A DNA stretch of 64,000 bases from an uncultured Duganella sp. (GTDB taxonomy: Bacteria; Pseudomonadota; Gammaproteobacteria; Burkholderiales; Burkholderiaceae_D), in assembly GCA_963515135.1 (NCBI GenBank), contig CAUPXZ010000015.1:36181-100180 (forward strand), written 5' to 3'. The position numbers and the translations under genes are program-made. Shown piece after piece: positions 1-10,684 of this stretch. The notes under the pieces are model-generated. The model had not been told where the DNA came from. It searched no databases and was given only the letters and a program-made list of their open reading frames with translations. Within the stretch, counting starts at the first letter, position 1. Each line of letters starts with the position of its first letter.

Positions 1-2337
1 GAAACCGCCTACTCCCGCACCGTGCCGCTGCCATCCGGCGGCGCCATCGTCATCGACCACACCGAAGCGCTGGTGTCGGTCGACGTCAACTCGGCCCGCG
101 CCACCCGCGGCTCCGACATCGAAACCACCGCCTTCAACACCAACTGCGAAGCCGCCGAAGAGGTGGCCCGCCAGCTGCGCCTGCGCGACTTGGGCGGCCT
201 GATCGTGATCGACTTCATCGACATGGAAGTGGCCAAGAACCAGCGCGAAGTGGAACAGCGCCTGAAGGACGCGCTGCACCACGACCGCGCCCGTGTGCAG
301 ATGGGCAAGATTTCCCGCTTCGGCCTGATGGAACTGTCGCGCCAGCGCCTGCGTCCGTCGCTGTCGGAAGGTTCGCACGTCGCCTGCCCGCGCTGCTCGG
401 GCACCGGCCATATCCGCGATACCGAATCGTCGGCGCTGCAAGTGCTGCGCATCATCCAGGAAGAGGCGATGAAGGAAAACTCGGCCACCATCCACGTGCA
501 AGTGCCGGTGGATGTGGCGGCTTTCCTGCTGAACGAGAAGCGCAGCGAAGTGCTGAAGATCGAGACGCGTCACCGCATCAACGTCATCCTGGTGCCGAAC
601 AAGCACCTGGAAACCCCGCACTACAAGCTGGAACGCATCAAGCACGACGATCCACGCCTGGAAGACAGCGCCGCCAGCTACTCGCTGGCCGAGCAGGCCG
701 AAACCGACATGGCTTACAGCAAGCGCCAGAAGGAAGAAACCAAGCCGCGCCAGGAAGCCATGGTCAAGACCATCACTCCTGACCAACCGGCACCGCTGGT
801 TGAGCGCAAGCCGACCGAGACCGTCATCAAGCCGGCACCGGCGCCAGCACCAACGCCGGCACCGCAAGGTTTCTTTGCCAAGCTGATCAGCTTCTTCACC
901 GGCGCGCCAGCCGCCCCTGCCCTGCCGCAGCAGCCGACCATCGTGGTCAAAGCGCCTGCCGCAGGCGACCGTGGCGGTGACCGCAACGCCCGTGGCCCGC
1001 GTGGCCGCAGCCGTAACGGCAAAGGCGGCCGTGGCGAACGCGACGAGAAAGAAGCCGGCGCAGCCCGTCCAGCACAGGAAGAAGGCAAGGCGGCAGACGC
1101 CAGTGGCCGTCCGCCACGTCAGCCGCGTCCACCGCGCGAACCACGCGAGGGCCGTGAGCCACGCGAGCAGGTCGCCGCTGAAGGCCAGGGCCGCGAGCGT
1201 GCCGAACGCGCCGAGCGCCCTGAGCGCGGCGAGCGTCCACCACGTCAGCCACGCGAGCCGCGCGGCGACAAGGCGCCGGTCGAAGCCAAAGTGGAAGAGT
1301 TGGCATTGAACGCCGCCGTACCGTCGACCGGTCCGGCAACCGAAGCTGCCACCAGCATCCTGAAGTCGGCGCCGAACGCCGGTCCCGACGGTGACGAAAA
1401 CGACGTCGCGGGCGAAGGTGACGAGCCACGCCGCCGCCGCCGCCGTGGTGGCCGCAACCGCAATCGCCGTGAACGCGAAGGCGTTGAGGGTCAGGAAGAC
1501 GCAGCCGGCGAAGCTGGTGAACAAGCTGAGCTGAGCTTTGCTCCGGCCGCCGCTGTTGCCGTTGCCGAGTCCGCCGCCGTGGCCGAAGCAGCCAGCGCCG
1601 CACCGGAAGTGCTTGCTGCCGCGCCAGTTGTGGAAGCAGCAGCCCCAGTCGCCGCCGCCGAAGCGGACATCGCGCCAGCCGCCGCCCCGGCCGCTGAACC
1701 GGTGGCCGTCGAGCCGGTCGCTGCCGCCGAGCCTGCCGTTACCGCGCCAGTCGCCGCTGTCGAGCCAGCTGTTGCAGCCGAGCCAGCTGTTGCAGCCGAG
1801 CCAGCTGTTGCAGCCGAGCCAGCCGTTGCAGCCGAGCCTGTAACTGCGGCCCCGGTCGTGGCTGCTGAACCTGTCGCACCGGCACCGGTTGTTGCCGAGC
1901 CAGTTGCTGCCGAGCCGGTCGTTGCCGCGCCAGCTGCACCGGCAGAAGCTGCGCCAGTCGCCGAGCCAACCGCTGTGGTCGCCGTCGCCGCCGAGCCGGT
2001 TGCAGCTGCCCCGGCACCAGTGGAAGCGGCTGTCGTTGCTGCCGCAGTGGAAGCCGCGCCAGTGGCCGCCGAGCCGGTTGCTCCGGTTGCTGCCGCCGAG
2101 CCGGTCGCCGCGCCAGTGGTGGAAGCAGCACCAGTTGCCGCCGCTCCAGCGCCAGTCGACCTGCAAGCCGTTCTCGGTTCCGCCGGCCTGACGCTGGCGG
2201 CCACAGACCCGGCCAAGCTGCGCGCCGCCCAGGAAGCTGCGGCGCAGGTGGTACAGCCGGTCCGCGTGCCACGCGAACGCAAGCCGTTGCCGCCGCAGAA
2301 CGACGAACCGCTGATCCAGGTCGACACCCGCCGTTAA
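1..2337 (+). CDS. rne: Ribonuclease E, 5'-truncated by the window edge
   Basis: Motifs [32 protein letters not shown] and Zn-link CPRCSGTG, followed by a long Arg-rich and Ala/Pro/Glu-rich disordered tail. Confidence 0.97.
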   Translation, partial: ETAYSRTVPLPSGGAIVIDHTEALVSVDVNSARATRGSDIETTAFNTNCEAAEEVARQLRLRDLGGLIVIDFIDMEVAKNQREVEQRLKDALHHDRARVQMGKISRFGLMELSRQRLRPSLSEGSHVACPRCSGTGHIRDTESSALQVLRIIQEEAMKENSATIHVQVPVDVAAFLLNEKRSEVLKIETRHRINVILVPNKHLETPHYKLERIKHDDPRLEDSAASYSLAEQAETDMAYSKRQKEETKPRQEAMVKTITPDQPAPLVERKPTETVIKPAPAPAPTPAPQGFFAKLISFFTGAPAAPALPQQPTIVVKAPAAGDRGGDRNARGPRGRSRNGKGGRGERDEKEAGAARPAQEEGKAADASGRPPRQPRPPREPREGREPREQVAAEGQGRERAERAERPERGERPPRQPREPRGDKAPVEAKVEELALNAAVPSTGPATEAATSILKSAPNAGPDGDENDVAGEGDEPRRRRRRGGRNRNRREREGVEGQEDAAGEAGEQAELSFAPAAAVAVAESAAVAEAASAAPEVLAAAPVVEAAAPVAAAEADIAPAAAPAAEPVAVEPVAAAEPAVTAPVAAVEPAVAAEPAVAAEPAVAAEPAVAAEPVTAAPVVAAEPVAPAPVVAEPVAAEPVVAAPAAPAEAAPVAEPTAVVAVAAEPVAAAPAPVEAAVVAAAVEAAPVAAEPVAPVAAAEPVAAPVVEAAPVAAAPAPVDLQAVLGSAGLTLAATDPAKLRAAQEAAAQVVQPVRVPRERKPLPPQNDEPLIQVDTRR
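1762..1838 (+). repeat. 18-bp tandem repeat (about 4.3 copies) encoding EPAVAA in the RNase E tail
   Basis: gagccagctgttgcagcc three times exactly, then one copy with a single mismatch, then a partial copy. Confidence 0.92.
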
Positions 2338-2353
2338 TCTGATCGATTCAGCC

Positions 2354-2384
2354 AAAAAGGGAAGCCTCGCGCTTCCCTTTTTTT
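2354..2384 (+). terminator. Intrinsic terminator of rne
   Basis: aaaaagggaagc-ctcgc-gcttccc followed by T7. Confidence 0.9.
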
Positions 2385-2507
2385 ATTGGCGCGGCAAGCA
2401 GACCTGCTCCTTCGAGCAGGACGTAAAATTGCCGCTCGTGGTATCGTAGCTGGTTGGCCGCGCGAGGGCGCGTCGCCGTTTTCAAAAACAGCAAGATTGC
2501 AATACCC

Positions 2508-3617
2508 ATGGCAGAAAAGATTATCATGATGACCCAGCAACGTGGCGACGTGCCGGTCATCCCCTCCACGCTGGAAACACCGACCGGCCTGCTGAGCGAC
2601 CAGCTGGCGCGGCCGCTGCACGACCTGCGCATTTCAGTCACCGACCGCTGCAATTTCCGCTGCGTGTACTGCATGCCGAAGGCGGTGTTCGACAACGATT
2701 ACCAATACCTGCCGCACACCTCACTGCTGTCGTTTGAAGAAATCACCCGCATCGCCAGGCTGTTCATCGCCCACGGCGTCGAGAAAATCCGCCTGACCGG
2801 CGGCGAGCCGCTGCTGCGCAAGCACATCGAGCGGCTGGTCGGCATGCTGGCCGAGCTGAAGACCGTCAGCGGCAAGCCGCTCGACCTGACCCTGACCACC
2901 AATGCCTCACTGCTGGCGCGCAAAGCCCAGTCGCTGAAAGACGCCGGCCTGCAACGCGTGACGGTATCGCTGGACGCACTGGACAACGCCACCTTCCAGC
3001 GCATGAACGATGTCGACTTTTCCGTCGACGATGTGTTGAAGGGTATCGACGCCGCCCACCAGGTCGGCCTGGGACCGATCAAGATCAATATGGTGGTCAA
3101 GGGCGGCATGAACGACCAGGAGATCCTGCCGATGGCGCGTCATTTCCGTGGCTCGCCCTACATCCTGCGCTTCATCGAGTACATGGACGTGGGCGCCTCG
3201 AACGGCTGGAGGATGGATGAAGTGATACCATCGTCCGAGGTGGTGCGCCGCATCGGCGCCGAACTGCCGCTGGTGCCGCTGCAAGCCAACTACGCCGGCG
3301 AGACGGCAGCACGCTGGCGCTATGCCGACGGCAGCGGCGAAATCGGCGTGATTTCCAGTGTATCCCAGGCGTTTTGCTCGGACTGTACTCGCGCGCGGCT
3401 GTCGACTGAGGGTAAACTGTACACCTGTCTGTTCGCCACCAGCGGCCACGACCTGCGCGCACTGCTGCGGGAAGGCCGTAGCGATGCCGAAATCAGCAGC
3501 GCGCTGGCGCATCTGTGGCGCGCGCGCGGCGACCGCTACTCGGAGCTGCGCACCCAGCAGACAGCCGAGCTGCGGCGCAGCGCGAACAAAGTGGAAATGT
3601 CTTACATCGGGGGGTAG
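2508..3617 (+). CDS. moaA: GTP 3',8-cyclase (radical SAM)
   Basis: [28 protein letters not shown] and C-terminal MSYIGG. ATG at 2508 chosen as start. Confidence 0.96.
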   Translation: MAEKIIMMTQQRGDVPVIPSTLETPTGLLSDQLARPLHDLRISVTDRCNFRCVYCMPKAVFDNDYQYLPHTSLLSFEEITRIARLFIAHGVEKIRLTGGEPLLRKHIERLVGMLAELKTVSGKPLDLTLTTNASLLARKAQSLKDAGLQRVTVSLDALDNATFQRMNDVDFSVDDVLKGIDAAHQVGLGPIKINMVVKGGMNDQEILPMARHFRGSPYILRFIEYMDVGASNGWRMDEVIPSSEVVRRIGAELPLVPLQANYAGETAARWRYADGSGEIGVISSVSQAFCSDCTRARLSTEGKLYTCLFATSGHDLRALLREGRSDAEISSALAHLWRARGDRYSELRTQQTAELRRSANKVEMSYIGG

Positions 3618-3619
3618 TT

Positions 3620-5527
3620 TTGTCTTTGAAGAGCAAGGTCACCGGATTGATACTGGCGGGCGGACGCGGCACCCGCATGGGCCGCGTCGACAAGGGGTTG
3701 CAACCGTTTCGCGGTGCGACGCTGGCGGCGCATGTGCTGGCGCGCCTGGCGCCGCAGGTGGCGTCGCTGGCGGTCAATGCCAATCGCAACCTGCCGCAGT
3801 ATCAGGCGCTGGCGGGCGAGTCGCCGGTGCTGCCGGATTATCTGGATGGTTTCGCCGGTCCGCTGGCCGGCTTGCAGGTTGGCTTGCAGTTCTGCCCGAC
3901 CGAATTGCTGTTGACGGCGCCGTGCGATTCGCCCTTCTTCCCGCAGGATATGGCCGAGCGCCTGCACACGGCGCTGGTGGCCGAAGGCGCCGATCTGGCG
4001 ATGGCCGTGACCATGGAGCGCGATCCGGAACAGCCGCATGCCGCGCCGTTCCGCCAGCCGCATCCCGTTTTCAGCCTGGTAAAGGCCGGCGTGCTGCCGC
4101 AGCTGGAAGCCTATCTGGAAACCGGCGCGCGCCGCATGGAAGGCTTCTACAAAACGCTGCGCGTGGCCGAAGTGCTGTTCGATGACAGCGCCGCCTTCGG
4201 CAACATCAACACGCTCGAAGACCTGCATCACCACGAGCGTGCCGCCACCACCACGCCCGCCCCGCTGGCGAGCGCGGCGCCGGACGGCGACCCGGCCGCG
4301 TTGGCGGTCGAAGAGGCGCAACGCCTGATCTGCGCGCGCATCGCGCCGGTCGAGGCGACCGAGCGGCTTCCGCTGCTGGCCGCGCTGGACCGCGTGCTGG
4401 CAGAAGACGTCATCTCGCCGATCAACGTCCCCGCCTACGACAACTCGGCGATGGACGGCTACGCGCTGCGCGGCGCCGACCTGCCGACCGCAGGCGCGAC
4501 CACCACCTTCAAGACCATCGGCATCGCCTACGCCGGCCACCCGTTCACGCAAACGCCGCAAGCCCACCAATGCGTGCGCATCATGACCGGCGCCGCCATC
4601 CCGCCCGGCTGCGACAGCGTGCTGCCGCAGGAACTGGCCGCCAGCATCGACGGCGATCAAGTCACCATCGCTCACCACGCCATCCGCGCCGGCGCCAACC
4701 TGCGCCGCGCCGGCGAAGACCTGCAAGCTGGCGGCATCGCCATCGCCAAAGGGAAATTGCTGCGCCCGGCGGACCTGGGGCTGATCGCCTCCCTCGGCAT
4801 CGGCGCAGTGACGGTCAAGCGCAAGCTGAAGGTCGCCTTCTTCTCCACCGGCGACGAACTGCGCTCGCTCGGCGAACCGCTGGAAGACGGCTGCGTCTAC
4901 GACAGCAACCGCTACACTCTGTTCGGCATGCTGCAACGCCTCGGCTGCGAAGTGCTCGACATGGGCGTGGTACGCGACGACCCGCAAGCATTGGAAGCGG
5001 CGCTGCGCGAAGCCGCCAGCAAGGCCGACGCCATCATCACCTCCGGCGGCGTTTCCGAAGGCGCAGCCGACCACACGCGCGACATCATGGCGCTGCTGGG
5101 CGACGTCGCCTTCTGGAAGCTCGCCATGCGGCCAGGCCGGCCGCTGGCCTTCGGCAAAGTCCAGACCGGGCGGGACAGCGCCTGGCTGTTCGGCCTGCCC
5201 GGCAATCCGGTCGCCGTCATGGTGTCGTTCTACATGTTCGCCCGCCCGGCCCTGCTGCGCATGATGGGCGCCGACAGCACACTGCAAACCATGCAGGCGC
5301 GTGCCACGCAAGCGATCCGCAAGCGTCCCGGCCGCACCGAGTACCAGCGCGGCATCGTCAGCAAGGCGGACGACGGCGCACCGCAGGTGCGCCTGACCGG
5401 CGCCCAGGGCTCCGGCATCCTCAGCTCCATGACCGAGGCCAACTGCATCGTCGTGCTGCACCACGACCAGGCCAACGTCGCCGCCGGCCAGCTGGTCGAG
5501 GTTATGCTGTTCGACGGGCTTGTGTAG
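3620..5527 (+). CDS. mobA-moeA: Fusion of Mo-cofactor guanylyltransferase MobA and molybdopterin molybdotransferase MoeA
   Basis: N-half has GLILAGGRGTRMG, GPLAG, PCDSPF and FGNINT. C-half has NSAMDGYA, STGDEL, TSGGVS and GLPGNP. No stop between them. TTG start at 3620 (or 3626) inferred. Confidence 0.9.
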   Translation: MSLKSKVTGLILAGGRGTRMGRVDKGLQPFRGATLAAHVLARLAPQVASLAVNANRNLPQYQALAGESPVLPDYLDGFAGPLAGLQVGLQFCPTELLLTAPCDSPFFPQDMAERLHTALVAEGADLAMAVTMERDPEQPHAAPFRQPHPVFSLVKAGVLPQLEAYLETGARRMEGFYKTLRVAEVLFDDSAAFGNINTLEDLHHHERAATTTPAPLASAAPDGDPAALAVEEAQRLICARIAPVEATERLPLLAALDRVLAEDVISPINVPAYDNSAMDGYALRGADLPTAGATTTFKTIGIAYAGHPFTQTPQAHQCVRIMTGAAIPPGCDSVLPQELAASIDGDQVTIAHHAIRAGANLRRAGEDLQAGGIAIAKGKLLRPADLGLIASLGIGAVTVKRKLKVAFFSTGDELRSLGEPLEDGCVYDSNRYTLFGMLQRLGCEVLDMGVVRDDPQALEAALREAASKADAIITSGGVSEGAADHTRDIMALLGDVAFWKLAMRPGRPLAFGKVQTGRDSAWLFGLPGNPVAVMVSFYMFARPALLRMMGADSTLQTMQARATQAIRKRPGRTEYQRGIVSKADDGAPQVRLTGAQGSGILSSMTEANCIVVLHHDQANVAAGQLVEVMLFDGLV

Positions 5528-6629
5528 CCACCACCAGCATGCCGCAGGCCAGCGCCGCGAAGGCCCACTGCAGGCCGACGGCATGCGCGACAAAACCGAT
5601 CAGTCCCGGCCCCGCCAGGATGCCGGCATAGCCGATGGTTGAAATCGCGCTCACCGCCAGGCCGGCCGGCATGTCACGCTGACTGCCGGCCGCCGAGAAC
5701 AGCACCGGCACAATATTCGACGCGCCGCAGCCGATCAGCGCGAAGCCCGGCAGCGCCAGCCACGCCGACGGCGCCAGCACCACGATGAAGAAGCCGGCGG
5801 CGGCGGCCAGTCCGCCCAGCAGCAGAATGCGGCGGCCACCGAAGCGCTGCACGATCCTGTCGCCGTTCAGACGGCCGATGGTCATGGCCACCGCGAACGC
5901 CGCGTAACCCAGGCCGCCCTGCGCGCCGCTCATGCCGCCCGCAGTCAGCATCACCGCGCTCCAGTCGAGCACCGCGCCCTCGGCCAGGAACACGAACATG
6001 CACAGCACGCCGATCAGCACCACCGCGCCGCGCGGCATGACCAGCAAGGGCGCGTCGCGCTCCGAGGCCGGCGCCTCGCGCAGCAGGTGCGGCGCCGCCG
6101 CCAGCAGCACGCCCGCGACAGCGATGGTCATCGCCACCGAGGCGCTGACGATGTCCATGCCCAGCCACAGCATCAAACTCATGCCGCCGGCGCCGGCAAT
6201 GCCGCCGACGCTGAACATGCCGTGGAAGCCCGACATCAGCGCGCCGCCGTAATCCTTCTCGACGATCACCGCCTGCACATTCATCGACACATCCAGCGTG
6301 CCGATGGTGGCGCCGAACAGGAACAAGGCCAGTCCCAGCAAGGGCGCGCTGGGCGCGATCGCCAGCAGCGGAAACACCGCGCAGCAGCCCAGGCCGGACC
6401 ACATGATCACGCGGCGGCAGCCGTAGCGCGCCGCCAGCACGCCGGTCACCGGCATCGCCATCAGCGAGCCGATGCCGAGGCATAGCAGCAGCAAGCCCAG
6501 CTGCGCCGCTTCGACACCGGTGCGTGCCTGCGCATACGGCACCAGCGGCGCCCACGAAGACATGGCCATGCCGGCCGCGAGGAAAGCCAGGCGCGTCGAC
6601 ACGCGCTGTTGTAAACCAGTAGTTTTCAT
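5502..6629 (-). CDS. MFS transporter (YbjJ-like)
   Basis: About 12 hydrophobic segments, with LDVSMNVQA, MSGFHGMFSVG, AEGAVLDWS and GRLNGD. Confidence 0.85.
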   Translation of the reverse strand: MKTTGLQQRVSTRLAFLAAGMAMSSWAPLVPYAQARTGVEAAQLGLLLLCLGIGSLMAMPVTGVLAARYGCRRVIMWSGLGCCAVFPLLAIAPSAPLLGLALFLFGATIGTLDVSMNVQAVIVEKDYGGALMSGFHGMFSVGGIAGAGGMSLMLWLGMDIVSASVAMTIAVAGVLLAAAPHLLREAPASERDAPLLVMPRGAVVLIGVLCMFVFLAEGAVLDWSAVMLTAGGMSGAQGGLGYAAFAVAMTIGRLNGDRIVQRFGGRRILLLGGLAAAAGFFIVVLAPSAWLALPGFALIGCGASNIVPVLFSAAGSQRDMPAGLAVSAISTIGYAGILAGPGLIGFVAHAVGLQWAFAALACGMLVVATQARRTA

Positions 6630-6634
6630 TGTTT

Positions 6635-7414
6635 TTAAGCGTTAGCGCGTTGAATACGGGTGCCGGCGGCGGCATAGGCCTGCGTCACATCATCGGCGGT
6701 TTCCGCTTCGACGATCAGATGGGTTAATTGGGCGATCGGCAGCACGCGGTAGTGGGCCATCGCGCCGATCTTGGCGGCGGTGGCGACCACGGCGGTGGCC
6801 TTGCTTTGCGCGGCAAGGCGGCGCTTGAACTCCGCCTCTTCGTAATCGACCGCCGTTACGCCGGCCTGCAAATCGACGCCGCAGGCGCCGATGAAATACA
6901 GGTCGGGATGGATCAGTTCCAGCTCGCGCATGGCGGTCGCGCCGACGCTGCCGCCCAGGCTCTGCTTGATGCGGCCGCCGATCATGATCAGGTCCACATG
7001 CGGCTTTTCCAGCAGGCACGCGGCGATCGACGGCGCATTGGTCAGCACCGTCACCGGCGCCACCGGCAGCGCTTCCGCGATGGCGAGGTTGCTGGAACCG
7101 GCGTCGAGGAACACCGTGCTGCCCGGCGCGATCAGGGTCGCCGCAGCGGCGGCCAGGCGCGCCTTGCCGTCCTGACCACGCGCCATGCGCTGCACCAGCG
7201 TGCCGGCTTCCGGCCCGGCCGGCATGCGCACGGCGCCGCCGTAGACCTTCTGGCACAAGCCGGCCGCAGCGAGGTCGCGCAGGTCGCGTCGGATGGTGTC
7301 TTCGGTAACGTTGAGTTCACGCGCCAGCGCGGCGGCCAGCACGCGGCCGTCTGCAGCGAGTTGCTTAAGTATTAATTCATGCCGTTCGGGCAGGAGGAGA
7401 GCTTGAGTTTTCAT
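6635..7414 (-). CDS. DeoR/GlpR-family transcriptional regulator
   Basis: HTH motif VTEDTIRRDL..L, KVYGGA, FLDAGSS and VLTNAP. Confidence 0.9.
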   Translation of the reverse strand: MKTQALLLPERHELILKQLAADGRVLAAALARELNVTEDTIRRDLRDLAAAGLCQKVYGGAVRMPAGPEAGTLVQRMARGQDGKARLAAAAATLIAPGSTVFLDAGSSNLAIAEALPVAPVTVLTNAPSIAACLLEKPHVDLIMIGGRIKQSLGGSVGATAMRELELIHPDLYFIGACGVDLQAGVTAVDYEEAEFKRRLAAQSKATAVVATAAKIGAMAHYRVLPIAQLTHLIVEAETADDVTQAYAAAGTRIQRANA

Positions 7415-7452
7415 GCGCACATTGTACACAAATACGCGCAAACGTGCACAAC
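7413..7452 (-). promoter_or_regulatory. Putative leaderless promoter with 10-bp phased operator repeats for the DeoR gene
   Basis: Minus-strand TACAAT (7421-7426) lies 6 nt before the ATG. Plus-strand units: atgcgcacat / tgtacacaaa / tacgcgcaaa / cgtgcacaac. Confidence 0.55.
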
Positions 7453-8972
7453 TAAGGATTTGTGCGCATCACACCCGGTAAAAACAGGCGCGCATCCATG
7501 ATTTTCAGGTTGGGGCTGATCGCGGGCCGGAAGTCCATCAGCGCCAGGATATCGCGCTCGACGTCGATATCCGGCGCAATTTCGATCAGCTCCAGCCCGG
7601 ACTGACCATTGTTCAGCACCAGCCGGAACACGCAGCGCTCGGTGACGAACAGCGCCTCCTGTCCGCGCCGCGCGGCGTATTCGCCGCTGTAGGTGCGGTG
7701 CTCGACTTCGTGGACGAACTTGCGCGTGCTCCCGCCGGCGGCGGTGAAGGTGCCGACAAATACTACCTTGCGCGCATTCTGGCTGATGTTGATGAAGCCA
7801 CCGGCGCCAGCCAGCTTGCTGCCAAATTTGCTGACATTCAGATTGCCCATGCGGTCCGCCTGCGCCAGGCCGAGGATGGCGACATCCAGCCCGCCGCCGT
7901 CGTAGAAATCGAACTGGTAAGGCTGGTCGATCACCGCCTCCGCATTGACGGCCGCGCCGAAGTTCAGGCCCGCCGCCGGCATGCCGCCGATCACACCCGC
8001 CTCCGCCGTCAGCGTCACCTGCTCCAGCATCTGCTCCTCGGCCGCCACCACCGCCACGCCCTCCGGCATGCCGATGCCGAGGTTGACCACGTCGCCGGGT
8101 TGCAGCTCCATCAGCGCGCGGCGCGCGATCACCTTGCGGTCCGACAGCGGCATCTCGCCCAGCGCCGACAAGGCCACCCGCGCCTCGCTGGCGAAGGCCG
8201 GGTTATAGTCTTCGGCAAACGTCTGCATGTGATATTCGGGCCGCTCGGCCACCACCACATGGTTCACCAGAATGCCCGGAATCTTCACCTGGCGCGGATT
8301 CAGCGCGCCACGTGTCGCCAGCCGCTCGACCTGCACGATGACGATGCCGCCCGAATTGTGCGCGGCCATGGCGATCGCCAGCGCCTCCAGCGTCAGCGCC
8401 TCGCGCTCCATCGTCACGTTGCCGCTGGCGTCGGCAGTGGTGCCGCGTATCAGCGCCACCTGTATCGGATGGGCCTTATAGAAAAGGTATTCCTTGCCGC
8501 CCAGCGTGATCAGCTCGACCAGGTCTTCGGTGCTGCGCTCGTTGATTTTGCCGCCGCCATGGCGCGGGTCAACAAACGTGCCGAGTCCCACATGCGTCAG
8601 CAATCCCGGCTTGCCGGCGGCGGTGTCGCGGAACAGCTGGCTGATGACGCCCTGTGGCAGGTTGTACGCCTCCACCTTGCCGCCGATGGCCAGTTGCTGC
8701 AACCTGGGCACCAGGCTCCAGTGACCGCCGATGATGCGCCGCACCAGCCCTTCATGTCCAAGATGATTCAGGCCGCGCTGCTTGCCGTCGCCCTGCCCCG
8801 CAGCGTAGATCAGGGTCAGGTCGCGCGGCGCGGCGGTGGCCAGGAAGCGCTGCTCCAGCGCCACCGCCAGGTTCTCGGCGAAGCCGACGCCGACAAAGCC
8901 GCCGGTGGCGATGGTGTCGCCGTCGCGTATCAGGCCTGCCGCGTGTGCCGCACTCACCACCTTGCCGTTCAT
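7452..8972 (-). CDS. Family I acyl-CoA:acetate/propionate CoA-transferase (YdiF/Pct-like)
   Basis: [34 protein letters not shown], catalytic Glu in [16 protein letters not shown] and [10 protein letters not shown]. Confidence 0.9.
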   Translation of the reverse strand: MNGKVVSAAHAAGLIRDGDTIATGGFVGVGFAENLAVALEQRFLATAAPRDLTLIYAAGQGDGKQRGLNHLGHEGLVRRIIGGHWSLVPRLQQLAIGGKVEAYNLPQGVISQLFRDTAAGKPGLLTHVGLGTFVDPRHGGGKINERSTEDLVELITLGGKEYLFYKAHPIQVALIRGTTADASGNVTMEREALTLEALAIAMAAHNSGGIVIVQVERLATRGALNPRQVKIPGILVNHVVVAERPEYHMQTFAEDYNPAFASEARVALSALGEMPLSDRKVIARRALMELQPGDVVNLGIGMPEGVAVVAAEEQMLEQVTLTAEAGVIGGMPAAGLNFGAAVNAEAVIDQPYQFDFYDGGGLDVAILGLAQADRMGNLNVSKFGSKLAGAGGFINISQNARKVVFVGTFTAAGGSTRKFVHEVEHRTYSGEYAARRGQEALFVTERCVFRLVLNNGQSGLELIEIAPDIDVERDILALMDFRPAISPNLKIMDARLFLPGVMRTNP

Positions 8973-8982
8973 GCCGCGCTCC

Positions 8983-10272
8983 TTAGTCGGTATCGGGGTC
9001 GCTCTTGTCCAGCTCCGCGCCCATCAGCAATTGCGCCTGCTCGCTCGGCAGCGCCTCCACCGATTTCAGCTTGCGCGCCATGACGCGGCTGCGTGTTTCG
9101 GCCGATTCGATATTCTTGGCCGCGCGCTCCAGCGTCAGTTTGGTGGCCGCCAGGACGTCGCCGAATTTGGCGAACTCGGTCTTCACCGCGCCCAGCACCT
9201 GCCACACTTCCGACGAGCGCTTCTCCAGCGCCAGCGTGCGGAAGCCCATTTGCAGGCTATTCAGCAGCGCGGTCAGCGTCGACGGGCCGGCGATGCTGAT
9301 GCGGTGCAGGCGTTGCAGCTCGTCGGCCAGGCCAGGACGGCGCATCACCTCCGCGTACAGGCCTTCGGTCGGCAGGAACAGAATCGCAAAGTCGGTGGTA
9401 TGCGGCGGCGACACGTATTTCTCGGAGATGGTGCGGGCCTCGCCGCGCACCGCGCGTTCCAGTTCGCGGCCGGCCAGCGCCACGCCTTCCGCGTCGGCGC
9501 TGTCGGCCGCTTCCAGCAGGCGTTCGTACTGCTCCTTGGGGAACTTAGCGTCGATCGGCATCCACACCGGCGCGCCGCCCTCGTTCTGCCCCGGCAGCTT
9601 GAGCGCGAATTCCACGCGCGCGCCGCTGCCGGCGATGGTCTCGACATTCTTCGCGTATTGGTCCGGCGTGAGCACCTGCTCCAGCAGCATTTCCAGCTGC
9701 ACCTCGCCCCAGGTGCCGCGCGTCTTGACGTTGGTCAGCACGCGTTTCAGGTCGCCGACGCCCAGCGCCAGCTGCTGCATTTCGCCCAGCCCCTGGTGCA
9801 CGCGTTCCAGCCGCTCGGACACCTGCTGGAACGACGCCGTCAAGCGCGACTCCAGCGTCGCGTGCAGCTTCTCGTCCACCGTCTTGCGCATCTCTTCCAG
9901 GCGCGCGCCGTTGTCGGCTTGCAGATCCTTGATCTTCAGTTCCAGCGTGGCGCGGATTTCCTCCATGCGCTGATGCATGGTATCGGAGAACAGTTTCAGG
10001 CTGCGCGCCTGCTCGTTGCGGCCGACCAGACCTTGCGCCTCCAGCTGGCGGCGCATCGCTTCAAACTGCTGCACCGAGGCGGCGTTGCTGGCTTGCGCGG
10101 TGGTCTGCAACTGCATCCGCACCTCGCGCTCGACGCGCTCGATGCGCTCGGCCAGATCGACCGCCGGCGCCGTGGCGACAGTCCCCGCGCGGCCGCGCAA
10201 TAGCGTGACCACCTGCAACACGATGACGGCGGCCAGCGCCGCCAGCAATACCAAAAACTCGTTCTGGCTCAT
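8983..10272 (-). CDS. rmuC: DNA recombination protein RmuC
   Basis: N-terminal TM helix and coiled coil, then [18 protein letters not shown] and [17 protein letters not shown]. Confidence 0.93.
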   Translation of the reverse strand: MSQNEFLVLLAALAAVIVLQVVTLLRGRAGTVATAPAVDLAERIERVEREVRMQLQTTAQASNAASVQQFEAMRRQLEAQGLVGRNEQARSLKLFSDTMHQRMEEIRATLELKIKDLQADNGARLEEMRKTVDEKLHATLESRLTASFQQVSERLERVHQGLGEMQQLALGVGDLKRVLTNVKTRGTWGEVQLEMLLEQVLTPDQYAKNVETIAGSGARVEFALKLPGQNEGGAPVWMPIDAKFPKEQYERLLEAADSADAEGVALAGRELERAVRGEARTISEKYVSPPHTTDFAILFLPTEGLYAEVMRRPGLADELQRLHRISIAGPSTLTALLNSLQMGFRTLALEKRSSEVWQVLGAVKTEFAKFGDVLAATKLTLERAAKNIESAETRSRVMARKLKSVEALPSEQAQLLMGAELDKSDPDTD

Positions 10273-10276
10273 GGCA

Positions 10277-10669
10277 TCAATCCGGCTTGTTGCGCATCCA
10301 GTCCGCAGTCTGGAAGAAGGAATTCATCAGCCGCACCCGCAGCTCGGTGTCGATGCCGACATCTTCCATCGCCCACGCCATGCAGCGCAGCCACTGGTCG
10401 CGCTCCTGCGTGCCGATGGCGAACGGCATGTGCCGCATGCGCAGGCGCGGGTGGCCGTGCGCCTGCTGATACAGGTCCGGGCCGCCCATCCAGCCGCTGA
10501 GGAACATGAACAGGCGCTGGTTGGCGTTCTCCAGCGACGGCCCGTGCACCGAGCGCAGCAGCTGGAACTCCGGTTCAAGTGCCATCAAATCATAAAAGCG
10601 GTCGACCATCGCGCGGATGGTCGACTCGCCGCCAATTACTTCATAGAGGGTGCGGGATTCTTCAGTCAT
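10277..10669 (-). CDS. Group II truncated hemoglobin
   Basis: TLYEVIGG, VDRFYD, FLSGWMGGPDLY, HPRLRMRH and ERDQWL. Alternative start at 10678. Confidence 0.92.
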   Translation of the reverse strand: MTEESRTLYEVIGGESTIRAMVDRFYDLMALEPEFQLLRSVHGPSLENANQRLFMFLSGWMGGPDLYQQAHGHPRLRMRHMPFAIGTQERDQWLRCMAWAMEDVGIDTELRVRLMNSFFQTADWMRNKPD

Positions 10670-10684
10670 ACCCGCCATGATAGC

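Noticed and set aside
1762..1838. Tandem repeat as a possible CRISPR array
   Set aside because: No spacers, it is an in-frame coding repeat, and there are no cas genes.
2385..2507. Possible Moco riboswitch upstream of moaA (nested hairpin cctgctc/gagcagg inside gcggcaa/ttgccgc)
   Set aside because: I could not find the conserved Moco-RNA elements. An Infernal search would be needed to exclude it formally.
3515..3619. N-terminal extensions in the ORF track (also 2454, 18348, 20334, 26305, 37539, 38574, 41794, 63497)
   Set aside because: They overlap upstream genes or promoters. Downstream starts fit RBS positions and family N-termini better.
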